Assembly: GCA_964016885.1 (NCBI GenBank)
Contig: OZ024741.1
Coordinates: 140,368,001 to 140,432,000, forward strand
DNA: 64,000 nucleotides
Reading direction: 5' to 3'
Source: Eledone cirrhosa
Lineage: Eukaryota
Shown: one piece after another, positions 50,818-64,000 of the stretch
How positions within the stretch are numbered: the stretch's first letter is position 1
Layout: every line of letters starts with the position of its first letter
Translations under genes and position numbers: made by a program
The notes under the pieces: generated by a model
What the model was told of the DNA's origin: nothing
The model's input: the letters and a program-made list of their open reading frames with translations, nothing else
Database searches by the model: none

Positions 50818-53800
50818 TATATAATATTCGGATGGAGAAAACATGATTATGCTCTGTATACTCTGTGACATCACTCAATGTACGACCATTTTCTATGACT
50901 TCATTAGGGAAAGAAATGCAAATTTGAGATATATATTTTACAAATATATTGCCAACCGTATGAATTGAGTTATTATCCTTTCATTGGAATTTGAAGCCAC
51001 CATGCATATTTCAGCTTATGTAGATCTTAACATATATCGTTTGTAGCACCATCAAATAACACCAAAGTCAATGAATATGTTAAAAGGACGCGAAGGAAAT
51101 TAGTTAATCGATGACGTTTCTTAGCAGAAAAGGCATTGACAATCATCTCCAAAAACTAGTTGTCTTCCGTAATGGAGGCAGAAATGAATATCCACGGCTG
51201 TTACGGTTCAACGTTTAATTTAAGTGTAACTACGATGGAGAATTTAATGAAATAATAAATTACTAAATATTATTTAACCACCTTTGGCACATACCAAAAA
51301 TAATTGATTATTAATTTAAGGGAGTATAAACACTGTGCATACGATTTCTCATACTAACAGATAAGGACTGAGTTAGTATGCCTGTCATTTTCTGTTTTAA
51401 ATTCATCTCTAATATATTTGTTTTCAAATATTTGTATATTTTGTGAAAATGTTTCATATATATTAAGTTACGAACTTATTGTACATGCCAAATCGACTTC
51501 CATTAAATAGATCTATAGTAAAAGGTTTTCCAAAGTTCTTTACTTGTTTTAAATACCGTATAATGATAAAATTATAATTTTAACCTCATTGTCAAAAGTA
51601 TACAAAGCTGATTCTCTACACTAGGGTATCCCTTCGTGAGCTGAAATCATAGGATAGCTACAAATAAGGTCTGGTGCAACAGACAAATACTAGCTATATT
51701 CCTCAGGGTTAATTCATGCTCGGGATTTATCATTAATAGTCTAATGAATGTTGAAAGTCAATATAGACTTCGTCAGAACTCACATTATAGACCGAAAGTA
51801 AACTGATGCATATTTTGACATCCTTAATGAATATTGTACCCAATAATCTGAAGAATATTACATTTAATGACAAGATTGCCAATTTTGGTTATTTTTATGC
51901 AAATAAATTCTATTGACAAAAAATTTGTCGAAAATCATTCCAGACATTTTGATATGAGCTAGCACCAAATCACCTTAGGCCAGTACTTTGCACATTTAGT
52001 TTTTAGAATAAAGATATTTTACATAATTCTGAAAAGAAGACAGCAGAAAGTATCAAATACCTGGTGAGTTCTACAGACATGATTTGAACTATAATAACTT
52101 TCAAAAGGTTACCTAATGAATTACTCTGCATTTCATTTCTTCACATCTAAAGCAATACATCATTTTCTTCGCTGTAAGGTGTCTAAGAAGCTCACCTGTT
52201 TGCATTGCTTGAGTAGCAACATGACAAGGAAGGCACTGTGTGTATATCCTGTCGGCTTGAACATTTCTTTTTTAATAAAATAATTTCTAATATAACTTTT
52301 TTTTGAGATTTAAAATTTTTTTTTTTTTAATTAATATCATTTTCCCCAAAGGAATGCCAACGTCAATACTTGCAACAATGTCACTTTCTAAATAATAATA
52401 TTTTTCATAATATTCTTATATTTTTCAATTAACTGTTTAATGTATTCCGTTTACGAAATGTAAATGGAAGTAACTGAAAAAACACAACCTTCAGTATAAT
52501 ACTGTTTTTAAAACTAAATAATTTACCAGCTATTAATTGCAGTTTTAGTTTCCGAAATTCGGATCGAGGCACATAAATAATATTTGACTATGATACCGCC
52601 AAATGTCAATAATTGTGAGTGCACAGTTATGATGTTTTATGTTCCTGCTTAGCCTGGAGTTAGTCCTGATTGAAAACACCTTTGTTCAAAGGTTTTCCAG
52701 CCGTGAGCAGCACGATAACATTTGGGAGATGAAGCTAATACAAATTAATGAACGTATTTTAGAACAATTCTTATTTCTATATAATAGTTCTGTTGGTACC
52801 TCGTTTTCGTATATAATCTGAAAGGTTTGTTAAGTGAACACATGTGTTGAAACATATTAATAACTTATTTGTAGAGTGGCGGGAGTACGGTGTCAATAAA
52901 TCAATTGGTCGACTGATTAAACTCATGAAAGCTGTATTAATTTCAAGTTTAATAATACAAACTAAAGTGAAATATAATGGGTTCGTGTGTTTAAATTGGC
53001 AGCATGATCCACCCAAAGTATATAATTAAATGTTTGTGTTAGTATTTGGAGAAGACAATAGAACTTGTTTTCATTTTTCGTCTTTTTGTTGTTGAATACA
53101 ATGTCGAGAAAATGTGTAAATCATCCTAATCTAAGTAGCATGGGTAATCAATGATCTTGTTTAGTTAAACATTCAGCTTCCAAACTGAACATTTAGCTTT
53201 TAAATTACAAAAGTGTCACGTAAACATTTATGACTATCTAGATATGAAAGCAATATTACGACGTGTATAACTTTATGTCGGTTTACATGAGTTTCGATAT
53301 AGATAACAAACCTTTCGAAGTAGCAACGTAGGAATTATGTAGGTCAATTAAAATACTGAAAAGAGAAAGTCTCAATACGTCTTGAGTGTACCATATATGT
53401 GTCAATAAAATCTTATCCTGTTGTTTCTGTATATGGACAGAAACAAATATATTCATATGCAACATATATAAATATATACCACTAAATACTGAAAATATAG
53501 CTATTGTGGATAATGTCAGAAGGTGTCAAAGCGGGATGAGAGATAACAGAAAATAATAATTATAATATGAAGGCCCCAAACAGAAATAGTATAAGTTAAC
53601 ATAGCTGTTAATTTCTCGCAAACGTACGAAAATATATAAAAGAAACTTGAACAACTAGATCTTGCGTTCAATTTTGGCAAAAATCAACAAATATAGATAT
53701 GCATAACAAATGCTAAAGATATATATTTAAGATGTTTGTATATATAATTAATCCTTTGCAGACTTATTTCTTCATCTTTTTTGCTCATTGATATTAATTA

Positions 53801-55118
53801 ATTTTGTTTTTATTCGGATATAAGAAGTAATGGCTAATCAATCATTACATTTTATACTTGTACTGATCAAATTATATGTTAGAAATCCTATGTACAACTC
53901 ATTATATGTTTGAGAAAAGAACCCGCTAATACTCCAGCGTTGATTAACTCAGATATCTTTAACGGAATCAAAAATAAATTCATAAAAGATAAGATATTTA
54001 TATATTTATGAAAAGGAAGTTATAGGAGACGAATCTCGCCTATGCACTAATGGCAATTTACAGATGTATTCTTTTGTAATGAACATTCTAAAATAAGAAA
54101 CATTAAAATTATAGACATTATATGTATCTGCTTTATATATACGTATGGTTTATCTATATTTGCGTCCGGTGTAAAGCTTATAATTAAATAACACACAATT
54201 AGTATTTACATGAGACGAATGCTTTCAAGCAAAATATCGGTAAATTTCTTTTACTTTTACTCATATACTGACGTGAATTCACTCGTATAAGCATACATTA
54301 TGTATAGATGTTTTCATGTCGCCTAATTTACAAAAATTAATCTAGTCGTAGAGAAGTCATACATAGTAAAACATGACAGCAAACATGAACTCGGGAGAAA
54401 AAATAGCTGTCCTATTTAACGATGTCATATAGATATAAATCTTCCTTTTAAGCTGCAATTTAGACTTCATTGAATTTTAGTGGGTGAGGCAAATAGTAAA
54501 GAATAATTTTGTTATCAATACATGTCTAGATGCAGCAAGCAATTAAAAGTTTTCAAAAAATATGTCTAAACCGAAAGTTCTCACATGTACGTAAATGTTA
54601 TATAAATAATACTCAGTTATATTAGGCAAACACGGTACAAATTAAACAACGTAATATAAACGTCAGCTTCGAATAGAATGCTTTGAAGTATACATCACTG
54701 ATCTCAGCTTAAATCAACCTTGCCTTTTCTATTTTTTAGGTCGAATCATATTTCTTAGAAGAGTACTGATGTAGATTCTTCGTCTTTCCCAGATTACATC
54801 TATCTTTCGATTGAAGAAAGCGTTTGTTCAAATCTAGGGATGGATTGACCCCACCAGGTTTATATGCTTACGACAGCACTTTATGAATCAATAAAGGAAT
54901 TCAGAGATCTGCCATGGTAACATCTTCAATGAGAAATGAGTATTATTCCAAACACTGTATTATTTAATAATTGAACAAAAGTATGTAATCTTGAAAAGTA
55001 CATTATCTCACTTTGAAAACAAACTGTTACTAATTATTCTGGGAATAGAAGCTTTAGATTCACACCAATTTATTATCACTCCAGATCAGTTGTATATACA
55101 TTATCAGTGTTAAAAACA

Positions 55119-55308
55119 AGGGCGGTGGATTGGCAGTATCGGTAGAGGGTCGGACGCCATGCTTTCCAGCATAGTTACGTCCCTTTACGATCTGAGTTCA
55201 AATCCCGCCGAGGTTGACTTTGCCTTTCATCCTTACGGGGTCGATAAAATAAAGTACCAGTAATGCACTGGTTAATTGCTGGCCTCGTGCCTAAATTAGA
55301 AACAATTA
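55119..55308 (+). mobile_element. SINE family A, full-length reference copy
   Basis: A-box TGGCAGTATCGG, B-box GTTCAAATCC, central gcctttcatcct..ggtcgataaaat.agtaccag (Nin-domain-like); TSD attatcagtgttaaaa. Confidence 0.95.
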
Positions 55309-55818
55309 TCAGTGTTAAAAGGAATATTTTTGCATGTATATTATTCTTCATTTTAGAGAAAGAGGCGGTTTCTGGCAAGCTTAGATTGAATACATATCGC
55401 ATATTTTCTGAAATGCTTGAGCATCCCGGCATCTGTGTTTAGTCGAGTGAAGGCAATATAATTCAATTACAAAGAATGGCTATAATTTTAGTACGGTTCT
55501 ACAATCATCCTGGAAATTCAAAATATAATTATCAGTGGTTTGATATAATACACCCAATCTGATCATGAATCAACAGTGAATCTTCTTTTGTATGTTTTAC
55601 ACATATACAAATAAAGACTTAAACATATCACATACGAGAATAAATATATAAACCGTGTGTTCTCTATATAAGAAATACATGCATGATGCGCTTCTCTAAT
55701 CTTTTTACAAATCAATTAAAACGCGAAGATTTTTCATATTTCGATGCGTTTACGGATTTTGCTTATTAAACATCAACAGTTTGTGTCCTAACAATCGTGT
55801 GTATATGAAATATATATG

Positions 55819-55857
<39 letters not shown>

Positions 55858-55871
55858 TATATATATGTATG

Positions 55872-55942
<71 letters not shown>

Positions 55943-55950
<8 letters not shown>

Positions 55951-56649
55951 GAAAAGTATAGAAATTGTTGTAACGAGAAGCTAACAGTATTCCATAACAT
56001 ATATGTGGCTATAGCGTCAAAATGGGAAAATAGTTAACATAAATATGGGAAAAATAATTCAGACTCAATTCAAAAGGAATTAGGATATAGATTTATCCAA
56101 CAGAATTTAGAGAAATCCAGGGAAAAATCAATAGAGCCTTAACTCATGATAAAACAAAGTCTAAAGTACTCAACCTTCAGTTTGAGACAATTTCAAATGC
56201 TCCGTATAGTCTTGAAAATACTATTTCACGAAAACTTTTCGTTCGTCAGAAGAGCTCAACATGGTAACCAAGGTCTCACTGGTAATATGCCAAAAAGGGA
56301 ATTTAAAAGCAGGCTAGTTTAACATCATGCGTGGTTATTAAAATAAACGCACGTGTGGAAAAACAGGGCTGGTGACGTCAGAATGAGACAAATGTTTGTT
56401 TACATGAAACAACAGTCAAAAACATTCCGAAAGAAAACTCGACAAAAGGAGTTCAGCAAAAAGCAATATCATCGCGGTCTTTTTTTTTTTTAAATACCGG
56501 GATTAGTCACAAATAATTTTGGCACCCTAAGAAATAAATCCGAGTATATATATATAAATGAAAAGTATACAAATTGTTGTAGCGAGAAGCTAACAGTATT
56601 CCATAACATATATGTGTCTATAGCGTCAAAATGGGAAAATAGTTAACAT
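55943..56649. repeat. ~98-bp direct repeat (55943-56040 and 56552-56649) flanking ~510 bp
   Basis: ataaatgaaaagtata..gaagctaacagtattccataaca..gggaaaatagttaacat twice, with three substitutions seen. Confidence 0.9.
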
Positions 56650-57229
56650 TGTGTGTGTGTAATCATCACCTTCCTTCTGTTGTCGGTGTTGTATCAGGTT
56701 GGCGAAATCAAATAGACAGAAACATATGCCCATCTTTACCCCATGCATACAAACTATGACTAGTCAATCCTTTGGACAATTTACTCGAAATATTCAGCTT
56801 AATGTTTTTGAATGTTTTTTACCGACTGCGGTTTCAATCCTTTTTCTGGGTGAAATTCCAATAAATTAGGAATTTGTCAGGTCCTTTATTAAGTATATAA
56901 TCTTTACATTTTACAATACAAATTTGGGCAATGGATGCTTCTGAATCATTTCCCTAGCTTACTTTCTCTTTAGTTATGCCATTTACTTGGTTTAAATTAT
57001 GCGAAGCAATTACCCAATATCTCGGTATAAATGGATAGTTCTGAACAATCGGATAAATACTACTATGGTGACGAAAACAATAGTTCACAACACATGTGTA
57101 TAATTGCCCTTTGTCTTCAAAAACGATAAGCATATAAATTTACTTAGTTCATTTTTACCTCCTGAAATTATCACTTATTTTATAGAATTGCAAATAATAG
57201 TTTCAGTTCACGAAGAATTCAGTAAATAT

Positions 57230-57428
57230 AATTGTTTCTTCTTTTGGCAGAAGGCCAGCAATATCTCAGTGTATTATTGGTGCTTTAATTTATCAACCCC
57301 GTAAGGATGAAAGGCAAAGTTAACCTCGGCGGGATTTTAACTCAGACCATAAAGGTCCGTAGTCCGTAACTATTTGCTGCAAAGCATGGCGTCCGACCCT
57401 CTGCCGATACTGCCAATCAAACGCCCTC
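57230..57428 (-). mobile_element. SINE family A, full-length
   Basis: TSD ttcagtaaatataat. Confidence 0.92.
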
Positions 57429-57721
57429 ACTTCAGTAAATATAATGATTTTAATTCACTCTTTATTTTACAAACATTTTATGCCATATATTTGTCTTGAA
57501 CTCTGCCTATGTACAGCTGTAATAGAAAGTGATAAAATATGTACTTCCTCCAGTTAACGTTTCAATTGTGTTAATATCTACCACAGATCTTTCCCAAAAC
57601 GTACACATTAAGGCAAAATGATTTTATAAAAGATTATCAAATTGAAGTAAACTTTCCTACCATCTATTGAATTGCTGGACTTAATCTATAGCTACATTAT
57701 GAAGTAGATATCAAAAGTATA

Positions 57722-57789
<68 letters not shown>

Positions 57790-59745
57790 AACAGAGAAAA
57801 TGTGCTATGGAGTGAATACTGTTTTTTTATAATTAAATACATTACAGATACTTCACATTTATCTACTTAGAGAGCGAACAATATACTGTTCCCCCTCCCG
57901 ATCTGTATTAATGGTTGTGTAGAATTGAATGAAATTCTATTGGAAAGCTTTCGTTTCTCTTTATCCGTATTCGTGTTCCATTCCAATGTGACATTCTCAA
58001 TTTCATTGTAGCATTGGCATTATATATTTGTTTCATCACCTCATTTCAACAAACAGCAAGTAGTGTTGTCATTTAAGATGGGTTTTCTTTTGGTGATGTA
58101 CAAGCATACACTAGTAAAATTCGCTCCCAAAAGAGAATATTTCTAACTTCCAAGTCAGCAGACAGTTTACATAAATAAAGGTTTCTGTATCAGTCCAATG
58201 AAACGGAATATTTCTAATTCCCTTGTCTGCATTTAGTTTACTCCAAGGAATTATTTTGCATCAGAGCCCCAAAAGAACATATGAAACTCACAGCATGCAG
58301 GTAGTAATCCGACCAATTAAACTTATTAAGTTTAATTGAGTTATTTAAATTCGTAAATTTAAATTCGTAAATTAGAGACTTATTTAAATTCGTTCGTTTG
58401 GATTAGGTGTTCTAAGGGGCTTAATTATCTTACAAATCTATACCAACATTCTACGTGAAAAGGAATTTGTTCCTAAATAATATCCCTACGATTTATTATT
58501 CTAATGTGAATAATCTAAGGTGACTTGTCTAAATCGGTAGACCTTTGCTATTTGTCCCCTCTGTGATCTCAGGTCAGATTTCATAGAAGTCAACATAACA
58601 TTAATTATTTCAGGGTCAATAAATAAAGAAACTGTCCTGCTAGTACCGTAAGTTTGTGGAATAGTTGGAGAACCGGGCAAGTTGTTTATCATATCTATTT
58701 CAGGTCACCAATATTCACTGTGATAATCGGCTTCTTTAATATTTTATATAATATGTATTTGCTTTAGTAAGTTATAGTGGCAAATTTTGGATGGAATATA
58801 ATGGAATAAGTTCTGGGGGGAGTGGTTAGTACACTAACGTTGCTGTCTTTTTTATTGTATTCTGTCCGGTTTTGTGTGTTCTGAATTCAAATACCGTTTC
58901 CTTCTCCTACGAACTGCAAGCAGCTGGCATTATCAGAATCGTTTTAATAGTTAGTTTAACCACTAGCCATTTTCAATAATGTAATTTTCTTTAACTTAGT
59001 TATAGAGTTTAATTTTCACAGAGCATAAATGAGTCGTTCACGTGTAGCATAATTCTAATTACCTCATCTATATCAGAGAGAGCAAGTTTGTGTATGCTTC
59101 TAATGCACAAGTATTCTTCAAATTCTGGAATCCATAGATTATATCTCCCTCTTCTTTTTGTCCCACGTATACTAATTCGCCAACTGATTACAAACATCAT
59201 TAATTAAAGTAGTACTTTAATTAATGAATAATCTGTATTGCCCTGACATTTTTATGAATTGACTTAAAATAGATATGTTTAAAATAAAATGTAGCGTAGT
59301 CCTGAGCGAAGATGCTATGCCATAACTTCTAAATTAGGCAGGAGACCATTAGAGAAGGCAAAGACGTTGCCATCGGTTGTTACGAGGAATCGAAATGCGT
59401 ATCTCCAAGATAGCCTATATGAGTGAATATTAATTGGCAAATTCATCCGTCAATAAGGGTAGTCAACCTATTTTCTAAGCTATTTCATAGCATCCCCTCG
59501 CATAACCACACCAATCTTTATATTAACGCTTTGTAAGTGGTCGAGAGATCGACTACGTATAACGATATTATTGTTACTGGTACGCGTTGTTTTCTGTTTT
59601 ATTCAATGTAATGATATATAGTTATTTTAGCGAAAAATTAGGAAGGAGAGGAATATATTTAATTGATACCAATACGTGATTGTAAGATATTTTAACCACT
59701 CCAAAATGAAGAAAGAACAAAGTGACTGCAGTGAAATATGAACTG

Positions 59746-59800
59746 TCTTCTTCTTCTTCTTCTTCTTCTTCTTCTTCTTCTTCTTCTTCTTCTTCTTCTT
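59746..59800. repeat. (TTC)n microsatellite
   Basis: Direct reading. Confidence 0.95.
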
Positions 59801-59896
59801 CGTTTTTAGAACCTCAAAACAAATGTCGCAAAATGTATTGGCAAATGCTCTAACGAATCTGCCAATCCAGCACAATTTTGCTGAAATTATAATATA

Positions 59897-59978
59897 CATC
59901 CTTACGAGGTCGATAAAATAAAGTACCAGTAATGCACTGGTGAATTGATGGCCTTGTGCCTAAATTAGAAACAATTAT
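59897..59978 (+). mobile_element. SINE family A 3' half
   Basis: catccttacgaggtcgataaaat..gccttgtgcctaaattagaaacaatt. Confidence 0.88.
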
Positions 59979-60074
59979 AATATACACGATGACGTCATTC
60001 TTCACTTCGAAATTAAATGACCTAAACCCGTATATATAAAACATTTAAGCAATTACACACACACGCGCGCACAT

Positions 60075-60620
60075 ATTTATCTTTTGTTTGTCTCAAAATT
60101 CTGTAAATGGCTACAAAATAAATTCGCAAATACGGGCGCGAATTTTAATGTACTTATTCACGTGACAGTCATAATTTCATTTATAACCAATCAAATTACA
60201 TTTCAGCACTGAACCAGATCAACTCTCTCCATTCCTTTTTCTTGGCCATTATCTTTTGTTTGTCACAAAATTCTCTAAATAGCTACAAAAAAATTCCAAA
60301 ATACGGGCGCGAAGTTTAATGTAATTGTTCATGTGACAGTCATAATTTCATTTATAACCAATCAAATTAGATTTATAAAAAATGCCTTCGTGAGCCACCT
60401 TTTTTTAAGTAAAAGAAATTCAAACAGAAACTGGCGCGAAAGCTCATGTACTTATTCACGTGACTGCATCAACCAACCAAACTTCACTCATATATGAAAA
60501 AAACAATCTGAGACCCCATCTTTTTTGAAGGCAAATATAATAAAAACTTTGTAACGCGAACTGGCGCGGAATGTATTATACTTATTCACATGACAGTCAT
60601 CAACCAACCAAATTACTTCT
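60075..60620. repeat. Diverged tandem repeat (4 units of ~130-170 bp)
   Basis: ggcgcgaa..tacttattcacgtgacagtcat..aaccaa recurs at about 60135, 60305, 60433 and 60563. Confidence 0.8.
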
Positions 60621-60884
60621 CTAAAAACCTGGCAATTCTAGCCACTTTTTTCCATATAAAAAAGAAGTAACATTCGAACACAAACAGATGTGGGAAAAAC
60701 CACAAACCCTCCATCTCAATTCTAGTTTTGAAAAGCACAAGAACTGCGAAACCGGTAAAGAAACCAAATAAATATATTTAAAAAAAAAAAGACTCCAGTT
60801 GAATTTTCGATTTGATCTTTTTTCCTTATACATTCACTCGTGTAGGACACCTCTTTTTTTTTTCATTTTGTAAAGTAACCTCAC

Positions 60885-60941
<57 letters not shown>

Positions 60942-60945
60942 AAAT

Positions 60946-61133
60946 AATGATTTCTTCTTTTGGCACAAGTCCAGAAATTACCCTGCGCATTACTAGTACT
61001 TTATTTTAACGACCTCGTAATGATGAAAGGCAAAGTTAACCTCGGCGGGATTTGAACTCAGAATGGCAAGGGTCGTAACTCTATGCGTCAAAGCATGGCG
61101 TTCGATCCTCTACCCATACTGCCAATCCACCGC
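60946..61133 (-). mobile_element. SINE family A, full-length
   Basis: Homologous to 16165-16340 (same aatggcaaggg subtype). Confidence 0.92.
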
Positions 61134-64000
61134 ATAAATCCACACAACATAAATCACTTGTTAATTTCTTGCTTCAGTGTTTTTCCTAAAATTGCCCTCG
61201 ACAATTCATAGCTAATGAGATAAACATTAACTTCTTTTGTCTAGAGGCTTGCATTTAAGTTCATATGTTAATTTCTCTATAAGATCACAATCAGACATGG
61301 CGGTAATATATGATTGGAAAGCCATGAATATTTTAAGAATCCGAAACATTTAAAATGTCAATTTATTGGGAAACGAAAACTAAAATCATATTTAAAACAG
61401 AATCCTTATTTATTATTAGAATTTTAACAAATGTCTTCTTATTTGATAATAATTTATATAGTTCAGATTGTAATTCGAAATGAATCTGGAATATATATAA
61501 ATTAAAATAATATATACATTCTAATTTGCTTGATACACAGAAAACAAAGATGTGAAGTAGTGATATACATGCCTTTCTTCTGAGGTTATTAATAGAAAGG
61601 TAACTGAAACCACACCAGCAAATCGTAACACGCATTAATTTTACCAGGTGTCTCCGCCTTTGAAAATATATATATCTGAATGAATGATTGAGAAAAACAC
61701 ATAAGGACGCTTTCTAAGCAGTTAAGCTAGGCAGTGTGAAAATGGAATGCCTACAAATCTTTTCAGGGACGTTTCTGAGACGTTTGGGAGAGGAATTTAT
61801 ATTTCCATCAGGAGCACTGATCCGAACTTTGTAATAGAAACAGCTCTTCTAAAGGCATCCAACGAAGTCATTGTTGCGGTAAGAAGTGAGCACAGATTGG
61901 TGAATGGTTGCTAAAGGAGGGGTATTTAGACTTCTGATAAATGGGAACTATTCCCTTACGTAATTGGTAGTCTTTATCGATGATATCCATGTGAGAGATA
62001 TTCTATTGAGAGAATATCCATGTGAGAGAATTCCTATTACAACCACAAGAGTAACATATCTAGCATTATTAATTCTATCACAATAACAACAGCTACCAAA
62101 TCAATATCACTACGACCATATTCATATTCTACTGCAACACCTGCCACTCATTGTAAACTCTCAGAGAATGATTCCTCGACATACACACCTCTAAGTTTCA
62201 GTATATTTGAACTCTAATAAATATGGAAATAAACTCATCAAATTTTAAATTAAGTTTATTTTCACTCACCAATTTATTATGAATGACTATGAAACAATAT
62301 GTGTGTTTATGGTAGGAGAATATCTATGACCAGTGACCGACCTTATTTCTGAAAGCCACAGTTTAAAGAGTAATAAAAACATATCACTCCCAGCTGAAAT
62401 CATTTGTTTAAGAGGGTCTTATTAATCAATAACTCTGTCAGTTTAACCAGCTCTGTAGTTTATGGAGGGCCTGTCTTATATACTCAGTCGAAAGTCCACT
62501 ATTATCCCTATAAACAGTTGAATTATAAGATGTGCCATTTTATTACTAGTCATATATTATCCATAGACATAACACAACATTCTGTAGTTCTTTTTTAATT
62601 TATTTTTCGTGGGGAGGCACCGAAAGCATAACTTTAGCTTTACCTCCATTTTACGGAACGTTGCTTCAAATTGTTGTAATTCGAAACTATGAAAAATGTG
62701 GTGACTGTTACGTTTGATGTGACGAATATCATATCCTAGCTACTCATGAACCAAATACACGATTCAATATCGATCTAATGTCTATAATTATATCATGATG
62801 AACTAAAGTAAGCGAGATTAAATGGAGTGTTTTACATAAACACAGACATTGAATCTGGGAACAAAACCTTACATTTTACAATAAGGTACAAACGACTTTA
62901 ATGCGCTTATATTTTCAGCTCAAATGAAGTTCACTTGCATCAACAAAAAATCGAAACTTAAATATTCTAAGAACTTGTATTATTTTATCTGCGATAATTG
63001 CAAAGGATGGACAGATTTTATTTTTCCTTCAAATCCGTACCAACAATTATCGTAGTCCTTGTTAACGTAAGTTCTTCTTAGATGCTTAATTAAACGTTTA
63101 ATCACATTGTAAAGTTTGACAAAATATACAATTTAAATGAGACAAAAATAGATGGAAAGAAGAAAAAGAGAATGAAGCAATGAAGGAATAGGAGAGGAGA
63201 AGGGAGGGATATATTTTACACCCAAGTCTGAGTGGTGATTCAGCCGTGATCCGTACACAGAGTGGTGAAGGCCTGCCACAGATAATAGCCATGAGATAAT
63301 AGACATGAGGCAACAGAGCTCTTTCCACAAGCAGACTGTTGTTCTTCTGATTCTGTGGTCATAATTAATCTTGTCGTTTTGCGTCAGGGTATGAACTCAC
63401 GTTACTCGGAATTGTTAAGGGACCACATTTCAATTCATACTTTAGCCAAATTAAAATTGGCATATTACAAATAAGTTCTTTTTTTTAATCTGAAATACAT
63501 CAAGGGTAATTACAAACTCTTAGGCCATGTGCCAAGTCTTCATGTTTCAAAACGCAAATCCATTCGATGTTGGCCTCTGCTGGATCAATATTATATTTAT
63601 ATGTAATCTTTTTTCTTTTCAATTTAGTTTTGTTTGGGAAGAAACCCAAAACGTCTACCTAGAATAATGTTTTATATATTATATTTTCAAATATATCCGA
63701 GTTAAAAACACACTGTGAGAGACAAATTAAGGCTTTTAGCGGAATAGTCTGTTCTACACGTTTGTTTTAAATATATTTTTTTTTGTTAGGAAGTAATGGT
63801 TAATGGTAATAAATTTGCTTTCAATTTTTTTCATAATTCGCAAGCACAATTATAGAGAGGTATTGTTATTAGAACATAATATTCTCTGACCTTTTCGTTG
63901 CCAAAAAGTTATATTTTTTTATGTTTCTATTGAAACAAATATCTAAACACAAAGCACTCACTAGCTGAAAGTCGCTTGCTATACAGGAAATATATTTTTA

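Overview
AT-rich, microsatellite-dense animal DNA, most likely cephalopod (octopus-like), judged from the tRNA-derived SINE families and the repeat landscape; this is an inference. No host gene is recognisable, and almost all short ORFs in the track are microsatellite or antisense noise. Positions 1-10 kb hold three stacked non-LTR retrotransposons at (TTA/TAA)n tracts: a disrupted Tx1/L1-clade element, a 5'-truncated R4/Dong element and an apparently intact 1216-aa R4/Dong element. The rest holds Helitron derivatives, SINEs with target-site duplications, CR1 and RTE fragments, and decayed Penelope-like (probably Naiad-type) elements. The most striking unannotated signal is about 18 intact or decayed type I hammerhead-ribozyme motifs, most with self-complementary stem III and many inside fold-back DNA. 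They include a four-ribozyme nested palindrome of alternating polarity (43.7-44.7 kb), an 820-bp zero-spacer palindrome (26.3-27.1 kb) and a variant with a long stem-II insertion closed by an A/A juxtaposition (17.3 kb). All RNA structures were read by eye and not computed.
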